From positions 77,432 to 141,431 of the forward strand of contig NZ_PNLB01000005.1 in assembly GCF_013822795.1 (NCBI RefSeq): a stretch of 64,000 nucleotides of DNA, in the 5' to 3' direction. Numbering within the stretch: the stretch's first letter is position 1; each line of letters begins with the position of its first letter. The position numbers and the translations under genes are program-made. This document shows positions 31,767 to 42,040 of this stretch, piece by piece. The stretch is from Phenylobacterium sp. (GTDB taxonomy: Bacteria; Pseudomonadota; Alphaproteobacteria; Caulobacterales; Caulobacteraceae). A model generated the notes under the pieces. That model saw only the letters and a list, made by a program, of their open reading frames with translations. It ran no database searches and had not been told where the DNA came from.

Positions 31767-32831
31767 CTAGGGCGTGATCGCGACCTTCAGCACGCCGTCG
31801 CGCTGGTGGCCGAAGAGGTCGTAGGCCTCCTCGATCTGGTCGAGCTTGAAGCGGTGGGTCACCAGGCCCTGCAGGTTGATGCGGCCCGAGGCGACCACTT
31901 CCATCAGCCGGCGCATGCGTTCCTTGCCGCCCGGGCACAGCGTCGTGACGATCGTGTGGTCGCCCAGGCCGGCGGCGTAGGCGCCGAGCGGGATCTTCAA
32001 GTCGGAGGAGAAGACGCCCAGGCTCGACAGAACCCCGCCTGGCCGCAGCACGGCCAGGCAGGCTTCGAACGTGCCCGGCGTGCCCAGCGCTTCGATGGCC
32101 ACGTCGACGCCGCGTCCGTTGGTGAGGCGCAGGATCTCGGCGACCGGGTCGGTGGCGCTGAAGTCCACGACGTGATCGGCGCCCATGGTCTTCGCCATCG
32201 CGACGCGCGCCGGCTCGCGCTCGACGGCGATGATGGTGGAGGCGCCCATCAGCCGCGCGCCCGCGGTCGCGCACAGCCCGATCGGGCCTTGGGCGAACAC
32301 CGCCACGACGTCGCCGATAGCCACCTTGCCGGACTGCGCGCCGCTGAAGCCGGTCGACATGATGTCGGGGCACATCAGCACCTGTTCGTCGGTCAGCCCG
32401 TCCGGAACCGGGGCGAGGTTGGCCATCGCGTCGGGCACGCGGACGTATTCGGCCTGACAGCCGTCGATGGTGTTGCCGAACTTCCAGCCGCCCATCGGCT
32501 TCCAGCCGCTGGCCGTGCCCGCGCCGTCCTGCGAGCCGCAGCCGCACAGGCAGGCGTTCGACCAGCCGCTCGGGGTGATGGCGCCGGCGATCACCCGCTG
32601 GCCCTCGTGATAGCCCTTCACCTCGCTGCCGAGCTTTTCGATGACGCCGACCGGTTCGTGACCGATGGTCAGGCCGCGGGCGACCGGGTACTCGCCCTTT
32701 AGAATATGGATGTCGGTTCCGCAGATTGTGGTGGTCGTGATGCGCACCAGTGCGTCGAGCGGGCCGATGTCCGGGATCGGCTTGTCCTCCAGGACGATGC
32801 GGCCGGCCTCGACGAAGACCGCGGCCTTCAT
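31767..32831 (-). CDS. Zn-dependent NAD(P) alcohol dehydrogenase (FDH-like)
   Basis: ICGTD, GHE, CPDIMSTG, AQGPIG, LCPGGKERMRRL. Confidence 0.95.
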   Translation of the reverse strand: MKAAVFVEAGRIVLEDKPIPDIGPLDALVRITTTTICGTDIHILKGEYPVARGLTIGHEPVGVIEKLGSEVKGYHEGQRVIAGAITPSGWSNACLCGCGSQDGAGTASGWKPMGGWKFGNTIDGCQAEYVRVPDAMANLAPVPDGLTDEQVLMCPDIMSTGFSGAQSGKVAIGDVVAVFAQGPIGLCATAGARLMGASTIIAVEREPARVAMAKTMGADHVVDFSATDPVAEILRLTNGRGVDVAIEALGTPGTFEACLAVLRPGGVLSSLGVFSSDLKIPLGAYAAGLGDHTIVTTLCPGGKERMRRLMEVVASGRINLQGLVTHRFKLDQIEEAYDLFGHQRDGVLKVAITP

Positions 32832-32887
32832 CCGACCCTCGCCGGCCGACCGGCCGACCCCTCCGATTGGGTGAGCGTTTGCGTCAT
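32828..32887 (-). other. Candidate 19-aa upstream ORF (MTQTLTQSEGSAGRPARVG) coupled to the ADH
   Basis: CAGGAG RBS; its TGA overlaps the ADH ATG (ATGA). Confidence 0.4.
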
Positions 32888-33072
32888 GTCGCTGCTCCTG
32901 ACCAGGTGTTGCGTCGCAGAGACCACCATCGGCGGGCGGTGGGAATCGGGTGGACTCCCGTCGGGCGGCGTTCCTAGGGGAAACCTTTGAAGCGGCGTCA
33001 GGGGGCGTATCCCCCTGGACTTCGCGGCGGCGGGCTTGCTTAGAAGCGCCAGCCGAAACGCGAGACCCGAGC

Positions 33073-34131
33073 ATGAGCCGCTTCTGGAGCGACCTGACCC
33101 ACCAGCTGAAGCCCTATGTGCCGGGCGAGCAGCCGAAGATCGCCGACCTGGTCAAGCTGAACACCAACGAGAGCCCGACCGGGCCCTCGCCGAAGGCCAT
33201 GGCGGCGATCGCGGGCGAGGCGGCCGATACTCTGCGGCTCTATCCGGACCCGGAGGCCCGGGCCTTGCGCGAGACGCTGGCGCGCTATCACGGCGTGACG
33301 CCGGACCAGGTGTTCGTCGGCAACGGTTCGGACGAGGTGCTGGCCCATGCCTTCGCCGCGCTGCTGAAGCGGGACGCGCCGCTGCTGTTCCCCGACATCA
33401 CCTACAGCTTCTATCCGGTCTATTGCGGGCTGTTCGGCATCGCCTACGAGACCGTGCCGCTGGACGATGCGATGGCCGTGCGGGTCGAGGACTACCGGCG
33501 GCCGGCCGGGGCGATCATCCTGCCCAACCCCAACGCCCCGACCGGGGGGGCCTTGAGCCGCGCGCAGATCAAGCAGCTGCTGGACGAGCATCCCGACGTG
33601 CCGGTGGTGATCGACGAGGCCTATGTCGACTTCGGCGCCGAGACCGCGATCCCGCTGGTCGCCGAGCATCCGAACCTGCTGGTCGTGCAGACCATGTCGA
33701 AGTCGCGGGCGCTGGCCGGCCTGCGGGTCGGCTACGCGATCGGCGATGCGGCGCTGATCGAGGGGCTGGTGCGGGTCAAGGACAGCTTCAACTCCTATCC
33801 GCTGGGCCGGCCGGCCCAGGCCGGGGCCATCGCCTCGGTCGAGGACGAGGCGTTTTTCCAGGCGTCCTGCGCGGCGGTGATCGAAGAGCGCGGCCGGCTG
33901 ACCGCGGGGCTGGAGGCTCTGGGGTTTGCGGTGCTGCCGTCCAGCGCCAACTTCGTGTTCGCGCGTCACGCCGGGCGCGGCGGGGCGGACCTCGCCGCGG
34001 CGCTGCGCGAGCGGGCGGTGATCGTGCGCCACTTCGGCGCGGCGCGGACCGCCGACTATCTGCGCATCACCGTCGGGACGCCGGCGCAGACCGGGCGGCT
34101 GCTGGCCGCGCTCGGGGAAATCCTCGGCTAG
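33073..34131 (+). CDS. hisC: Histidinol-phosphate aminotransferase
   Basis: [39 protein letters not shown]. Confidence 0.97.
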   Translation: MSRFWSDLTHQLKPYVPGEQPKIADLVKLNTNESPTGPSPKAMAAIAGEAADTLRLYPDPEARALRETLARYHGVTPDQVFVGNGSDEVLAHAFAALLKRDAPLLFPDITYSFYPVYCGLFGIAYETVPLDDAMAVRVEDYRRPAGAIILPNPNAPTGGALSRAQIKQLLDEHPDVPVVIDEAYVDFGAETAIPLVAEHPNLLVVQTMSKSRALAGLRVGYAIGDAALIEGLVRVKDSFNSYPLGRPAQAGAIASVEDEAFFQASCAAVIEERGRLTAGLEALGFAVLPSSANFVFARHAGRGGADLAAALRERAVIVRHFGAARTADYLRITVGTPAQTGRLLAALGEILG

Positions 34132-34188
34132 CGACTCCGGCGAGGCGGGGCCTAAGCTGGTCCCGTCAACAGGAGGCGGGTTGCGCGC

Positions 34189-34461
34189 ATGCGAGTGAGC
34201 CGGGTGCTGGCGGGCGTCTATGCGGTCTTGTGTCTGGGAGCGCTGGCGCTGATCCCGATCAGCTCGCGCGGCTGGTTCGGGGTCGAGCCGGACCCTCTGG
34301 CTGGCGTGCTGGCGATTGTGCTGGCCATGCCCTGGAGCTTCGCCCTTCAGTGGCTGCACGGCGGCGGCCCGTGGCCCGGCATGCTGGTGGTGCTGGCCGG
34401 GATGGCCGCCAATTTTGGGATCATCCTGTGGCTCGGCCGGGTCTCGCGGCGGCGGCTTTAG
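34189..34461 (+). CDS. Small membrane protein (3 TM, hypothetical)
   Basis: Hydrophobic ORF with a LAMPW motif and GC-rich codon usage. Confidence 0.65.
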   Translation: MRVSRVLAGVYAVLCLGALALIPISSRGWFGVEPDPLAGVLAIVLAMPWSFALQWLHGGGPWPGMLVVLAGMAANFGIILWLGRVSRRRL

Positions 34462-34973
34462 GCCGCGACCACCTCGGCCTTCAGGAACTCGGCGAGGTTC
34501 CCGCCGGTGAAGTGCAGGGCGCGGACGCCGGCGCGGGCGGCGGCTTCGAGATCAGAGTCCTTGTCGCCGACCATCACTGAGCGCGACAGGTCGACCGGCC
34601 ACTCGGCGATCGCGCGCAGCAGCATGCCGGGGTTGGGCTTGCGGTCCGGCGGGTCGGGGTGGCGGTAGACGTCGACCTGCGCGTCGGGATGCTGCGGGCA
34701 GTAGTAGTAGGCGTCGATGTGGGCGCCGGCCTGCTCGAGGCTCTCGCTCATCTTGGCGTGCAGGGCGATGACGTCGTCCTCGGCATAGTAGCCGCGGCCG
34801 ACCCCCGACTGATTGGTGACTACGAACACCCACCAGCCGGCCTGGTTAAAGGCGGCGACGGCCTCGCGGGCGCCGGGAATCCAGTGGAAGTCCTCCCAGC
34901 GGTGCACGTAGCCGGGGTCCTCGTTCAGGACTCCGTCGCGGTCGAGGAACAGGGCGGGGCGGGGATTACTCAT
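34458..34973 (-). CDS. gmhB: HAD-IIIA phosphatase (D,D-heptose-1,7-bisphosphate phosphatase-like)
   Basis: FLDRDGVLN, VTNQSG, YCPQHP, RKPNPGM, GDKDSD. Confidence 0.88.
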   Translation of the reverse strand: MSNPRPALFLDRDGVLNEDPGYVHRWEDFHWIPGAREAVAAFNQAGWWVFVVTNQSGVGRGYYAEDDVIALHAKMSESLEQAGAHIDAYYYCPQHPDAQVDVYRHPDPPDRKPNPGMLLRAIAEWPVDLSRSVMVGDKDSDLEAAARAGVRALHFTGGNLAEFLKAEVVAA

Positions 34974-35089
34974 CGGGGGCGCGCTCACGGTTCGCCATCG
35001 TATAGCCAAAGAGGTGGGGCTCTGCGCGTGGTTTCGCCATGGCCGCGCAGCGGTCTATGGTCGACGCCTGTTTTTGATCCGAGGTCGAG

Positions 35090-36889
35090 TTGGCCGAGCC
35101 TGTCCTTTCCATCGACGATCTGAAGATCGACTTCAAAACCCATGACGGGATCGTCAGCGCGGTGCGCGGCGTCTCACTCAGCGTCGCGCGCGGCGAGGTG
35201 CTGGGCGTGGTCGGCGAGAGCGGCTCGGGCAAGAGCCAGACCTTCATGGCGGCCATGGGCCTGCTGGCCGCCAACGGCCAGGCCAGCGGCTCGATCAAGT
35301 TCAAGGGCCAGGAGCTGCTGGGCCTTAAAGCCCGGGCGCTGAACAAGGTCCGCGGCTCGAAGATGACGATGATCTTCCAGGACCCGCTGACGGCGCTGAC
35401 GCCGCACGTGCGGATCGGCGAGCAGATCGCCGAGCCGCTGCGGCTGCACCTGGGGATGAGCGACAAGGACGCCAAGGCCAAGGCGCTGGAGTGGCTGCGG
35501 CACGTGCGCATCCCCGAGGCGGCGCGGCGGATGGACCAGTATCCGCACGAGCTGTCGGGCGGCATGCGCCAGCGGGTGATGATCGCCGCGGCCATGGCCT
35601 GCGCGCCCGAGCTGCTGATCGCCGACGAGCCGACCACGGCCCTGGACGTCACCGTGCAGGCCGAGATCCTCGACCTGATGGCCGAGCTCGGCCGCGAGAC
35701 CGGCACGGCGATGGTGCTGATCACCCACGACATGGGGGTGATCGCGCGGCTGGCCGACCGGGTCTGCGTGATGAAGGACGGGGCCTATGTCGAGGAGGGC
35801 GAGGCCAAGGCCTTGTTCGCCGGGCCGAAGGATCCCTACACCCAGGCGCTGCTGGCGGCGATCCCGCGGCTGGACCGCGAGGGCCGCGGCGGCCGGCCGA
35901 CCCTCGACCCGGTCGCGGCCGACGCCCCGGTGGTGGTCGAGGCCCAGGACATCGAGGTCCATTTCCCGGTGCACCAGGGCATGTTCGGGACCAAGGCCTC
36001 GCTGCGCGCCGTCGACGGCGTCTCGTTCAAGGTACGGCAGGGCGAGACCCTGGGCGTGGTCGGCGAGAGCGGCTGCGGCAAGTCGACCCTGTCGCGGGCG
36101 GTGCTGAACCTGATCCCGGCGACGGGCGGTGCGGTCAGCGTGCTCGGCCGCGACATCACCCACGCCGACCGCGAGTCGATGCGCGCCGCGCGCCGCGACC
36201 TGCAGATCGTGTTCCAGGACCCGCTGGCCAGCCTCGACCCGCGCATGACCATCGGCGATTCCATCGCCGAGCCGCTGGCGGTGTTCCGTCCCGAGCTGAA
36301 GGGCGCGGCGCGCGAGGCGCAGGTGCGGGCGATGATGGAGCGGGCGGGGCTGTCGACCGCGCTGATCAACCGCTACCCGCACGAACTGTCGGGCGGCCAG
36401 AACCAGCGGGTCGGCATCGCCCGGGCGATGATCCTGGAGCCGAAGCTGGTGATCTGCGACGAGGCGGTCTCGGCGCTGGACGTCTCGATCCGGGCCCAGA
36501 TCATCGACCTGCTGATCGAGCTGCAGAAGCAGATGGGCATGGCGATGATCTTCATCAGCCACGACTTGGCGGTGGTGCGCGAGATCAGCCACCGGGTGAT
36601 GGTGCTCTACCTGGGCCGGGTGATGGAGGAGGCGAGCCGCGAGCAGCTCTACGCCGACCCCCAGCACCCCTACACCAGGGCGCTGCTGTCGGCCGCGCCG
36701 ATCCCTGATCCGGCGGCCGAGCGCAGCCGCCTGCGGATCAAGCTGACCGGCGAGCCGCCCTCGCCGATGGACCCGAAGAGCGCCCTGCGTTTCCTGCCTT
36801 CGAGGCTGACCGCCGACGGGCCGGTCTATGTCCCGCAGCTGAAGGAAGTCGCCCCCGGCCATCTGGTCAGCGAGTACGACCCGGCATGA
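35090..36889 (+). CDS. Dual-domain peptide/nickel ABC transporter ATPase
   Basis: Two Walker A motifs ([16 protein letters not shown]), two YPHELSGG signatures, HPYTRALL. Confidence 0.95.
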   Translation: MAEPVLSIDDLKIDFKTHDGIVSAVRGVSLSVARGEVLGVVGESGSGKSQTFMAAMGLLAANGQASGSIKFKGQELLGLKARALNKVRGSKMTMIFQDPLTALTPHVRIGEQIAEPLRLHLGMSDKDAKAKALEWLRHVRIPEAARRMDQYPHELSGGMRQRVMIAAAMACAPELLIADEPTTALDVTVQAEILDLMAELGRETGTAMVLITHDMGVIARLADRVCVMKDGAYVEEGEAKALFAGPKDPYTQALLAAIPRLDREGRGGRPTLDPVAADAPVVVEAQDIEVHFPVHQGMFGTKASLRAVDGVSFKVRQGETLGVVGESGCGKSTLSRAVLNLIPATGGAVSVLGRDITHADRESMRAARRDLQIVFQDPLASLDPRMTIGDSIAEPLAVFRPELKGAAREAQVRAMMERAGLSTALINRYPHELSGGQNQRVGIARAMILEPKLVICDEAVSALDVSIRAQIIDLLIELQKQMGMAMIFISHDLAVVREISHRVMVLYLGRVMEEASREQLYADPQHPYTRALLSAAPIPDPAAERSRLRIKLTGEPPSPMDPKSALRFLPSRLTADGPVYVPQLKEVAPGHLVSEYDPA

Positions 36890-36900
36890 TCGCGAACCTA

Positions 36901-37015
36901 GATCCTCCCCTCATGGGGGAGGTGGCGCGCGAAGCGCGGGGGACCGCTCTTAAGCGGAGTCAAAGTCCCCCTCAGTCAGCCGTTCGGCTGACAGCTCCCC
37001 CAGCGGGGGAGCATC
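36901..37015. repeat. Palindromic intergenic repeat, family A (CIR-like; GAGTC in the spacer)
   Basis: CCTCCCC..GGGGAGG and CCCCCTCAGTCAGC..GCTGACAGCTCCCCC..GGGGGAGC arms. Confidence 0.9.
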
Positions 37016-37043
37016 CTTGTTTTGACGCTCTGGGTTTGCCGGC

Positions 37044-38108
37044 ATGACCACCAAGATCATCCCCGTCCTGATGTCGGGCGGCGCCGGCACGCGCCTGTGG
37101 CCGCTGTCGCGCAACGCCCGGCCCAAGCAGTTCCATCGGCTGGGCGGCGAGCACAGCCTGATCCAGGACACCGCCCTGCGGTTGACCGGCGAGGGCTTCG
37201 CGGCCCCGGTGGTGGTCTGCGCCGCAGCGCACGCCGACCTGGCGCGCGCGCAACTGTTGGAGGTCGGGATCACGCCGGCGGCGCTGATCACCGAGCCGGC
37301 GCCGCGCAACACCGCCCCGGCGTCGGTGGCGGCGGCGGCGTTCGGCGTGGAGATCGATCCCGAGGGGCTGATGGTGCTGATGCACGCCGACAACCTGGTG
37401 GCCGACGTCGCCGCGCTCCACGCCGCGATCGAGGCCGGGCGGTCGGCGGCGCAGGCCGGCGAGATCGTGCTGCTGGGCCTGAAGCCGACCGGGCCCTCGA
37501 CGCTCTACGGCTATATCCAGGCCAAGGGCGAGGGCGCGGTGCGCAAGGTGGCGCGCTTCGTCGAGAAGCCCGACCTGGCGACCGCCCAGCAGTTCGTGGC
37601 CGATCCGAACTTCACCTGGAACGGCGGGATGTTCCTGTTCAAGGCCGGAGCGTTCCTGGACGAGGCGCGGCGGCTGGCCCCGGAAGTCACGGCCGCGGCG
37701 CAGGCGGCGGTGACGGGCGCGGCGCGGACCCGCGACGTGGTGGCGCTGTCCGAGGCGTTCCTGACCGCGCCGAGCATCGCCATCGACGTGGCGGTGATGG
37801 AAAAGACCGACCGGGCCAGCGTGGTCGAGGCCGACATCGGCTGGGCCGACGTCGGCAATTGGGGCGCGCTCTGGGAGCTGTCGGAGAAGACCGAAAGCGG
37901 TGACGCCTTGGAAGGCGAGGTCGTGGCGGTGGAGACCAGGGACTGCCTGGCGCGCAGCGACGGGCCGGTGGTGGTGCTGGCCGGGGTCGAGGACCTGGTG
38001 GTGGTGGTCGAGAACGGGGTGGTGCTGGTCACCCGCCGCGACGCGCCGGCCGCGGTGCGGGCCGGGGTTGAGGCCCTGAAGGCCAAGGGGCGCGGCGACC
38101 TGCTCTAA
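37044..38108 (+). CDS. manC: Mannose-1-phosphate guanylyltransferase
   Basis: MSGGAGTRLWPLSR, PKQF, EPAPRNTAPA, FVEKPD, WADVGNW. Confidence 0.93.
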   Translation: MTTKIIPVLMSGGAGTRLWPLSRNARPKQFHRLGGEHSLIQDTALRLTGEGFAAPVVVCAAAHADLARAQLLEVGITPAALITEPAPRNTAPASVAAAAFGVEIDPEGLMVLMHADNLVADVAALHAAIEAGRSAAQAGEIVLLGLKPTGPSTLYGYIQAKGEGAVRKVARFVEKPDLATAQQFVADPNFTWNGGMFLFKAGAFLDEARRLAPEVTAAAQAAVTGAARTRDVVALSEAFLTAPSIAIDVAVMEKTDRASVVEADIGWADVGNWGALWELSEKTESGDALEGEVVAVETRDCLARSDGPVVVLAGVEDLVVVVENGVVLVTRRDAPAAVRAGVEALKAKGRGDLL

Positions 38109-38202
38109 GCCGGGGATGCGCGCGTCTGGTGTGGGTTGAGCCGAGCGCGCTTTACACCGTCAGGTCTCTGACCAATGCTCCGGCGATCAGAAGGAGCATG
38201 CG

Positions 38203-38736
38203 ATGACCTCCAACCGACTGAGCCTGACCCTGGCCGCCGCCGCAGCGCTGGCCCTGGCTGGATGCGGCCAGCAGGCGGCCAAGCCCGCCGAGGCGCCGGC
38301 CGCGGCCCCCGCCGCCGTCCCGACCGCGCCCGCCGCTCCTGCGCCGGTCGCCGCCGCGCCGGACCTCGACCCGGCGGCCCTGAAGGGGCTGCTGACGCCC
38401 GACGAGACCCTGGAGGTCGTCACCCTCGATGCGACCGGCGCGGCCAGCGCCAGCGGCGAGGTCAAGGGCTACAAGACGCCGGTCTACGCCGTGCCGGTCG
38501 CCGCCGGGCAGACCCTGAGCGTGGCCTTCAAGCCCTCGAACGCCAACCTCTACATCAATGTGGTCGACGCGGCCGACACCAGCGGCGCGGCCGTGCACCG
38601 CGGCGAGGTCGACGGGCCCAAGGCCAGCGTCAGCGCGCCGAAGGCCGGGGTCTATCTGATCAAGCCGTTCCAGCCGCGGGCCATGGCGCGCCGCGACGAG
38701 AGCGAAACCTTCAAGCTGACCGTGTCGGTGAAATAG
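38203..38736 (+). CDS. Lipoprotein with a PliG-like (g-type lysozyme inhibitor-like) domain
   Basis: Lipobox LAGC, Ala/Pro linker, SGEVKGY..Y...AGQ and GVY...QPRAMARR..F.LTVSVK resembling recalled PliG motifs. Confidence 0.65.
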   Translation: MTSNRLSLTLAAAAALALAGCGQQAAKPAEAPAAAPAAVPTAPAAPAPVAAAPDLDPAALKGLLTPDETLEVVTLDATGAASASGEVKGYKTPVYAVPVAAGQTLSVAFKPSNANLYINVVDAADTSGAAVHRGEVDGPKASVSAPKAGVYLIKPFQPRAMARRDESETFKLTVSVK

Positions 38737-38865
38737 ACCCGCCGGCCCGCCGGGGATGGGCGGACGCGGGCATATCGACCCGCAGATCCGCTCATTCGCC
38801 GCCGCTCCATTGCCGTCAGGGACCCGCGCGGCTAGACGTGGCCCATCTCCCACATCGGCTCTGAC

Positions 38866-40068
38866 ATGACGCTTTCTCTCGACGACATCCGCGCCGCCGC
38901 CGACCGGCTGAAGGGGCACATCGAGCGCACGCCCTGCCGCCATTCGCGGACCCTGTCGGAGATTACCGGCGCCGAGGTGTGGGTGAAGTTCGAGAACCTG
39001 CAGTTCACGGCCGCCTACAAGGAGCGCGGGGCGCTCAACACCCTGCTGCAGCTGTCGGACAACGAGCGAGGCCGCGGCGTGATCGCCGCCTCGGCCGGCA
39101 ACCACAGCCAGGGTCTGGCCTATCACGCCGCCCGGCTGGGCATTCCGGTGACCATCGTGATGCCGCGCTCGACGCCGTTCGTGAAGGTCCAGCAGACCCG
39201 CGGCCATGGGGCCAACGTGGTGTTGGAAGGCGACAATTACGACGAGGCCTCGGCCGTCGCGATGAAGCTGTGCGCCGAGCAGGACCTGGCCTTCGTCCAC
39301 CCGTTCAACGACCTGCAGGTGATGGCCGGCCAGGGGACGGTGGCGCTCGAAATGTTCGAGGACGTGCCGGACCTGGACGTGCTGCCGATCCCGATCGGCG
39401 GCGGCGGGCTGATCGCCGGCTGCGCCACCGTGGCCAAGTCGCTGAACCCCAAGGTCCAGGTCATCGGCGTCGAGCCGGCCATGTACCCGTCCTTCACCGC
39501 CAAGATGCGCGGCGTGAACGGGACCAGCGGCGGGGCGACCATCGCCGAGGGCATCGCGGTCAAGCAGGTCGGCGACCTGTCCTACGCCATCGCCCGGCCG
39601 CTGATCGACGAGGTGCTGCTGATCGAGGAGCCGCACTTCGAGCGGGCGGTGGCGCTGTACTGCAATGTGGAGAAGACCGTGGTTGAGGGCGCGGGCGCGG
39701 CCTCGCTGGCGGCGCTGCTGGCCTATCCGGGCAAGTTCAAGGGCAAGAAGGTCGGGCTGATCATCACCGGCGGCAACATCGACACCCGGCTGCTGGCCTC
39801 GGTGCTGACCCGCGAACTGGTCCGCGACCAGCGGCTGGTCTCCCTGCGGATCATCGGCGACGACCGTCCTGGCCTGCTGGCCACCGTCTCGGCGGTGATC
39901 GGCCAGATGGGCGCCAACATCATCGAGGTGGCCCACAACCGCCTGGCCCTGGACGTGCCGGCCAAGGGCGCGGAGTTCGACATCATGATCGAGACCCGCG
40001 ACGCCCAGCACACTCAGGAAATCATGGACGCCCTGCGCGAGCACGGCTATCCGCCGCGCGCTGTCTAG
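38866..40068 (+). CDS. ilvA: Threonine ammonia-lyase (short form with ACT domain)
   Basis: KFENLQFTAAYKERGA, ASAGNH, PIGGGGL, TGGNID, DRPGLL. Confidence 0.93.
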   Translation: MTLSLDDIRAAADRLKGHIERTPCRHSRTLSEITGAEVWVKFENLQFTAAYKERGALNTLLQLSDNERGRGVIAASAGNHSQGLAYHAARLGIPVTIVMPRSTPFVKVQQTRGHGANVVLEGDNYDEASAVAMKLCAEQDLAFVHPFNDLQVMAGQGTVALEMFEDVPDLDVLPIPIGGGGLIAGCATVAKSLNPKVQVIGVEPAMYPSFTAKMRGVNGTSGGATIAEGIAVKQVGDLSYAIARPLIDEVLLIEEPHFERAVALYCNVEKTVVEGAGAASLAALLAYPGKFKGKKVGLIITGGNIDTRLLASVLTRELVRDQRLVSLRIIGDDRPGLLATVSAVIGQMGANIIEVAHNRLALDVPAKGAEFDIMIETRDAQHTQEIMDALREHGYPPRAV

Positions 40069-40079
40069 AGAGACCCGAT

Positions 40080-40583
40080 ATGAAGCGCCTTCTTCCCGTT
40101 CTCGCCGCCCTGCTGCTGGCCGCCTGCGGCCGCGGCGGCGCCGACCCCGCCGAGCTGGCCAAGTCCGCGGCCGAGGCCAAGGCGTTCATGGAGACCAACG
40201 CCAAGGCCGAGGGGATCCAGACCCTGCCGTCGGGCGTGCAGTACAAGATCGTCCGCTCGGGCCCGACCACCGGCATGAAGCCGGGCCCCAACGACGAGGT
40301 GAAGGTCCACTACGAGGGCAAGCTGGTTTCCGGAAAGGTCTTCGACTCGTCCTACGAGCGCGGCGCCCCGGCGGCGATGCCGCTGCCGGCGCTGATCCCG
40401 GCCTGGAAGGAAGCCCTGCAGCTGATGCGGCCGGGCGACGAGTGGACGCTCTATGTGCCGCCGGCCCAGGGCTATGGCGAGGAAGGCGCGGGCAACGGCG
40501 AGATCCCGCCCAACAGCGTGCTGATCTTCCGCATCGAACTGATCGGCGTGCTGCCGGCGCCTGGGCGTATCGGCCAGGGCTGA
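40080..40583 (+). CDS. FKBP-type peptidyl-prolyl isomerase (lipoprotein)
   Basis: LAAC lipobox, VHYEG, FDSSYERG, YVPPAQGYG, IPPNSVLIF. Confidence 0.95.
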   Translation: MKRLLPVLAALLLAACGRGGADPAELAKSAAEAKAFMETNAKAEGIQTLPSGVQYKIVRSGPTTGMKPGPNDEVKVHYEGKLVSGKVFDSSYERGAPAAMPLPALIPAWKEALQLMRPGDEWTLYVPPAQGYGEEGAGNGEIPPNSVLIFRIELIGVLPAPGRIGQG

Positions 40584-40650
40584 GGCCTATGAGCGCCCCC
40601 GACCTTGGTGAGTTGGAGGTGTTCTTCGAGTGCGAGGCTGCGCGGCCCGT

Positions 40651-40906
40651 TCCTCTCCCCGCCTGAGGGGAGAGGCTAGGTGAGGGGTCCTGCGGCGCGA
40701 AGCGGCGCTCTGCTGAGTCAGCAGCCCCCTCACCCCAACCCTCTCCCCCAAGGGGGCGAGGGAGCCGACCCGGGCGCTTCGCCCTCAGTTGCTCCCCCGC
40801 TGGGGGAGCTGTCAGCCGAATGGCTGACTGAGGGGGCTTGCTGACTCAGCAGTCCCCCTCCGTCTCGATGCTTCGCATCGATCCACCTCCCCCAGCGGGG
40901 AGGACC
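40651..40906. repeat. Composite repeat: family B (40651-40765) plus family A (40789-40906)
   Basis: CCTCTCCCC..GGGGAGAGG arms and GCTCCCCC..GGGGGAGC arms; each unit carries a TGCTGA(G/C)TCAGCA palindrome. Confidence 0.9.
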
Positions 40907-40919
40907 TGAGGCTTACGCT

Positions 40920-41444
40920 TCAGCCCATCTTCATCCGCAGCGCGCCCATGTAGTCGCGCTTGCCGATCGGCACGCCGCGCGAGCGCAGCAGGTCGTAGGC
41001 GGTGGTGGCGTGGAAGTGCAGGTTCGGCAGCGAGAACGACATCAGGAAGTTCTCGGCGACGAACGGGATCTTCGAGCCGCGGAACTCGAAGAACACGTCC
41101 TTGCCCTCGTAGGCGTTGATTTCTTCGGGTTTGATCGCCGCGAGCTTGGCGTGCGTGTCCTTGATCAGCGCGATCAGGGCCGGCAGGTCCTGGGCGCTCT
41201 GGTCGCCGCCCGGCGAGAAGACGCCGGCCTTCACGCCCTCGATGGCGCCGAGCGAGTGGTGGGCGACCGAGATCACCTGGAAGCGGAAGTCGAACATGTC
41301 CTCGCACATCTTCGAGGCGACGATGTCCTGCGGGTCGATCCCGTTGTCCTGGCAGTGGGCGAGGCCGCGCTCAAGGAAGCCGGCGACGCCGCCCACCGTC
41401 TGGAGAAATGAAGCCACGCTGACGTCGTAGAGAGAGATCGCCAT
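40920..41444 (-). CDS. DUF1993 family protein
   Basis: DMFDFRFQV, FSLPNLHFHATTAYDLLR..GVPIGKRDY. Confidence 0.92.
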   Translation of the reverse strand: MAISLYDVSVASFLQTVGGVAGFLERGLAHCQDNGIDPQDIVASKMCEDMFDFRFQVISVAHHSLGAIEGVKAGVFSPGGDQSAQDLPALIALIKDTHAKLAAIKPEEINAYEGKDVFFEFRGSKIPFVAENFLMSFSLPNLHFHATTAYDLLRSRGVPIGKRDYMGALRMKMG

Positions 41445-41513
41445 GTTCCGCCCTTATGTGATTTGGACGGGCAATTTCCTCCGGCCCGCGCGCCGACGCC
41501 AGCGGTTTTGCGG

Positions 41514-41993
41514 CTACTTGAACATGCCCTCGCGCAGGTTGAGGCCGTGATCGAGCCAGGCCTTCAGCGCGCACTGCATCTGGGTCCAGCCCTGGCAGTT
41601 GCCGTAGGAGGCGCGGAGCCCGACTTCGGTCTGTTTCCAGCCGTGCTCCTCGATGGCGACCAGGGTGCGGCCGTCGTCCAGGCCCTCGAAGGTCATGGTC
41701 ACCTGGGTCTTGTAGCCGACGTGGGTGACCAGGTTGTCGGCGTTCTCCGGCGGCCCGTCATTGGCCTCCCATTCGAAGACGATCTTCTGGTTGGGGACCA
41801 CCTCGATCACCCAGACCGGGAAGGCGCCGGGGAAGTCGGCGAAGTCCCAGTAGACGGTGGCGCCGGTCTCCAGCCGGCCCTTGGCGCCGCCGGTGGTGAA
41901 GTACTGCGAAAGCTGGTCCGGGTTGGCGACGGCCTCGAACACCTCGCTCACAGGCTTGGCGATGCGGGCGGTCACGCGAAAGGTCAGATCCAT
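41514..41993 (-). CDS. SRPBCC/Aha1 domain protein
   Basis: ARIAKPVSEVFEAV, IVFEW, GWTQMQCALKAWL. Confidence 0.9.
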   Translation of the reverse strand: MDLTFRVTARIAKPVSEVFEAVANPDQLSQYFTTGGAKGRLETGATVYWDFADFPGAFPVWVIEVVPNQKIVFEWEANDGPPENADNLVTHVGYKTQVTMTFEGLDDGRTLVAIEEHGWKQTEVGLRASYGNCQGWTQMQCALKAWLDHGLNLREGMFK

Positions 41994-42022
41994 GATCTTG
42001 CTCCTTGTTCTGCGGCCATTTG

Positions 42023-42040
42023 TGTTATAAATTTATAACA
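42023..42040. promoter_or_regulatory. Perfect 18-bp palindrome TGTTATAAATTTATAACA (probable ArsR operator)
   Basis: Exact palindrome between divergent SRPBCC and arsR, abutting the arsR ATG. Confidence 0.75.

Noticed and set aside
32999-33017. Hairpin CAGGGGG-CGTAT-CCCCCTG between adh and hisC as a his attenuator
   Set aside because: No His-rich leader peptide or U-tract; function unsupported
40589-40666. 25-aa ORF MSAPDLGELEVFFECEAARPVPLPA after the FKBP gene
   Set aside because: It has an RBS-like GAGG but its stop lies within a repeat arm and I recognise no family; it may be a remnant truncated by the repeat, but I cannot support a call
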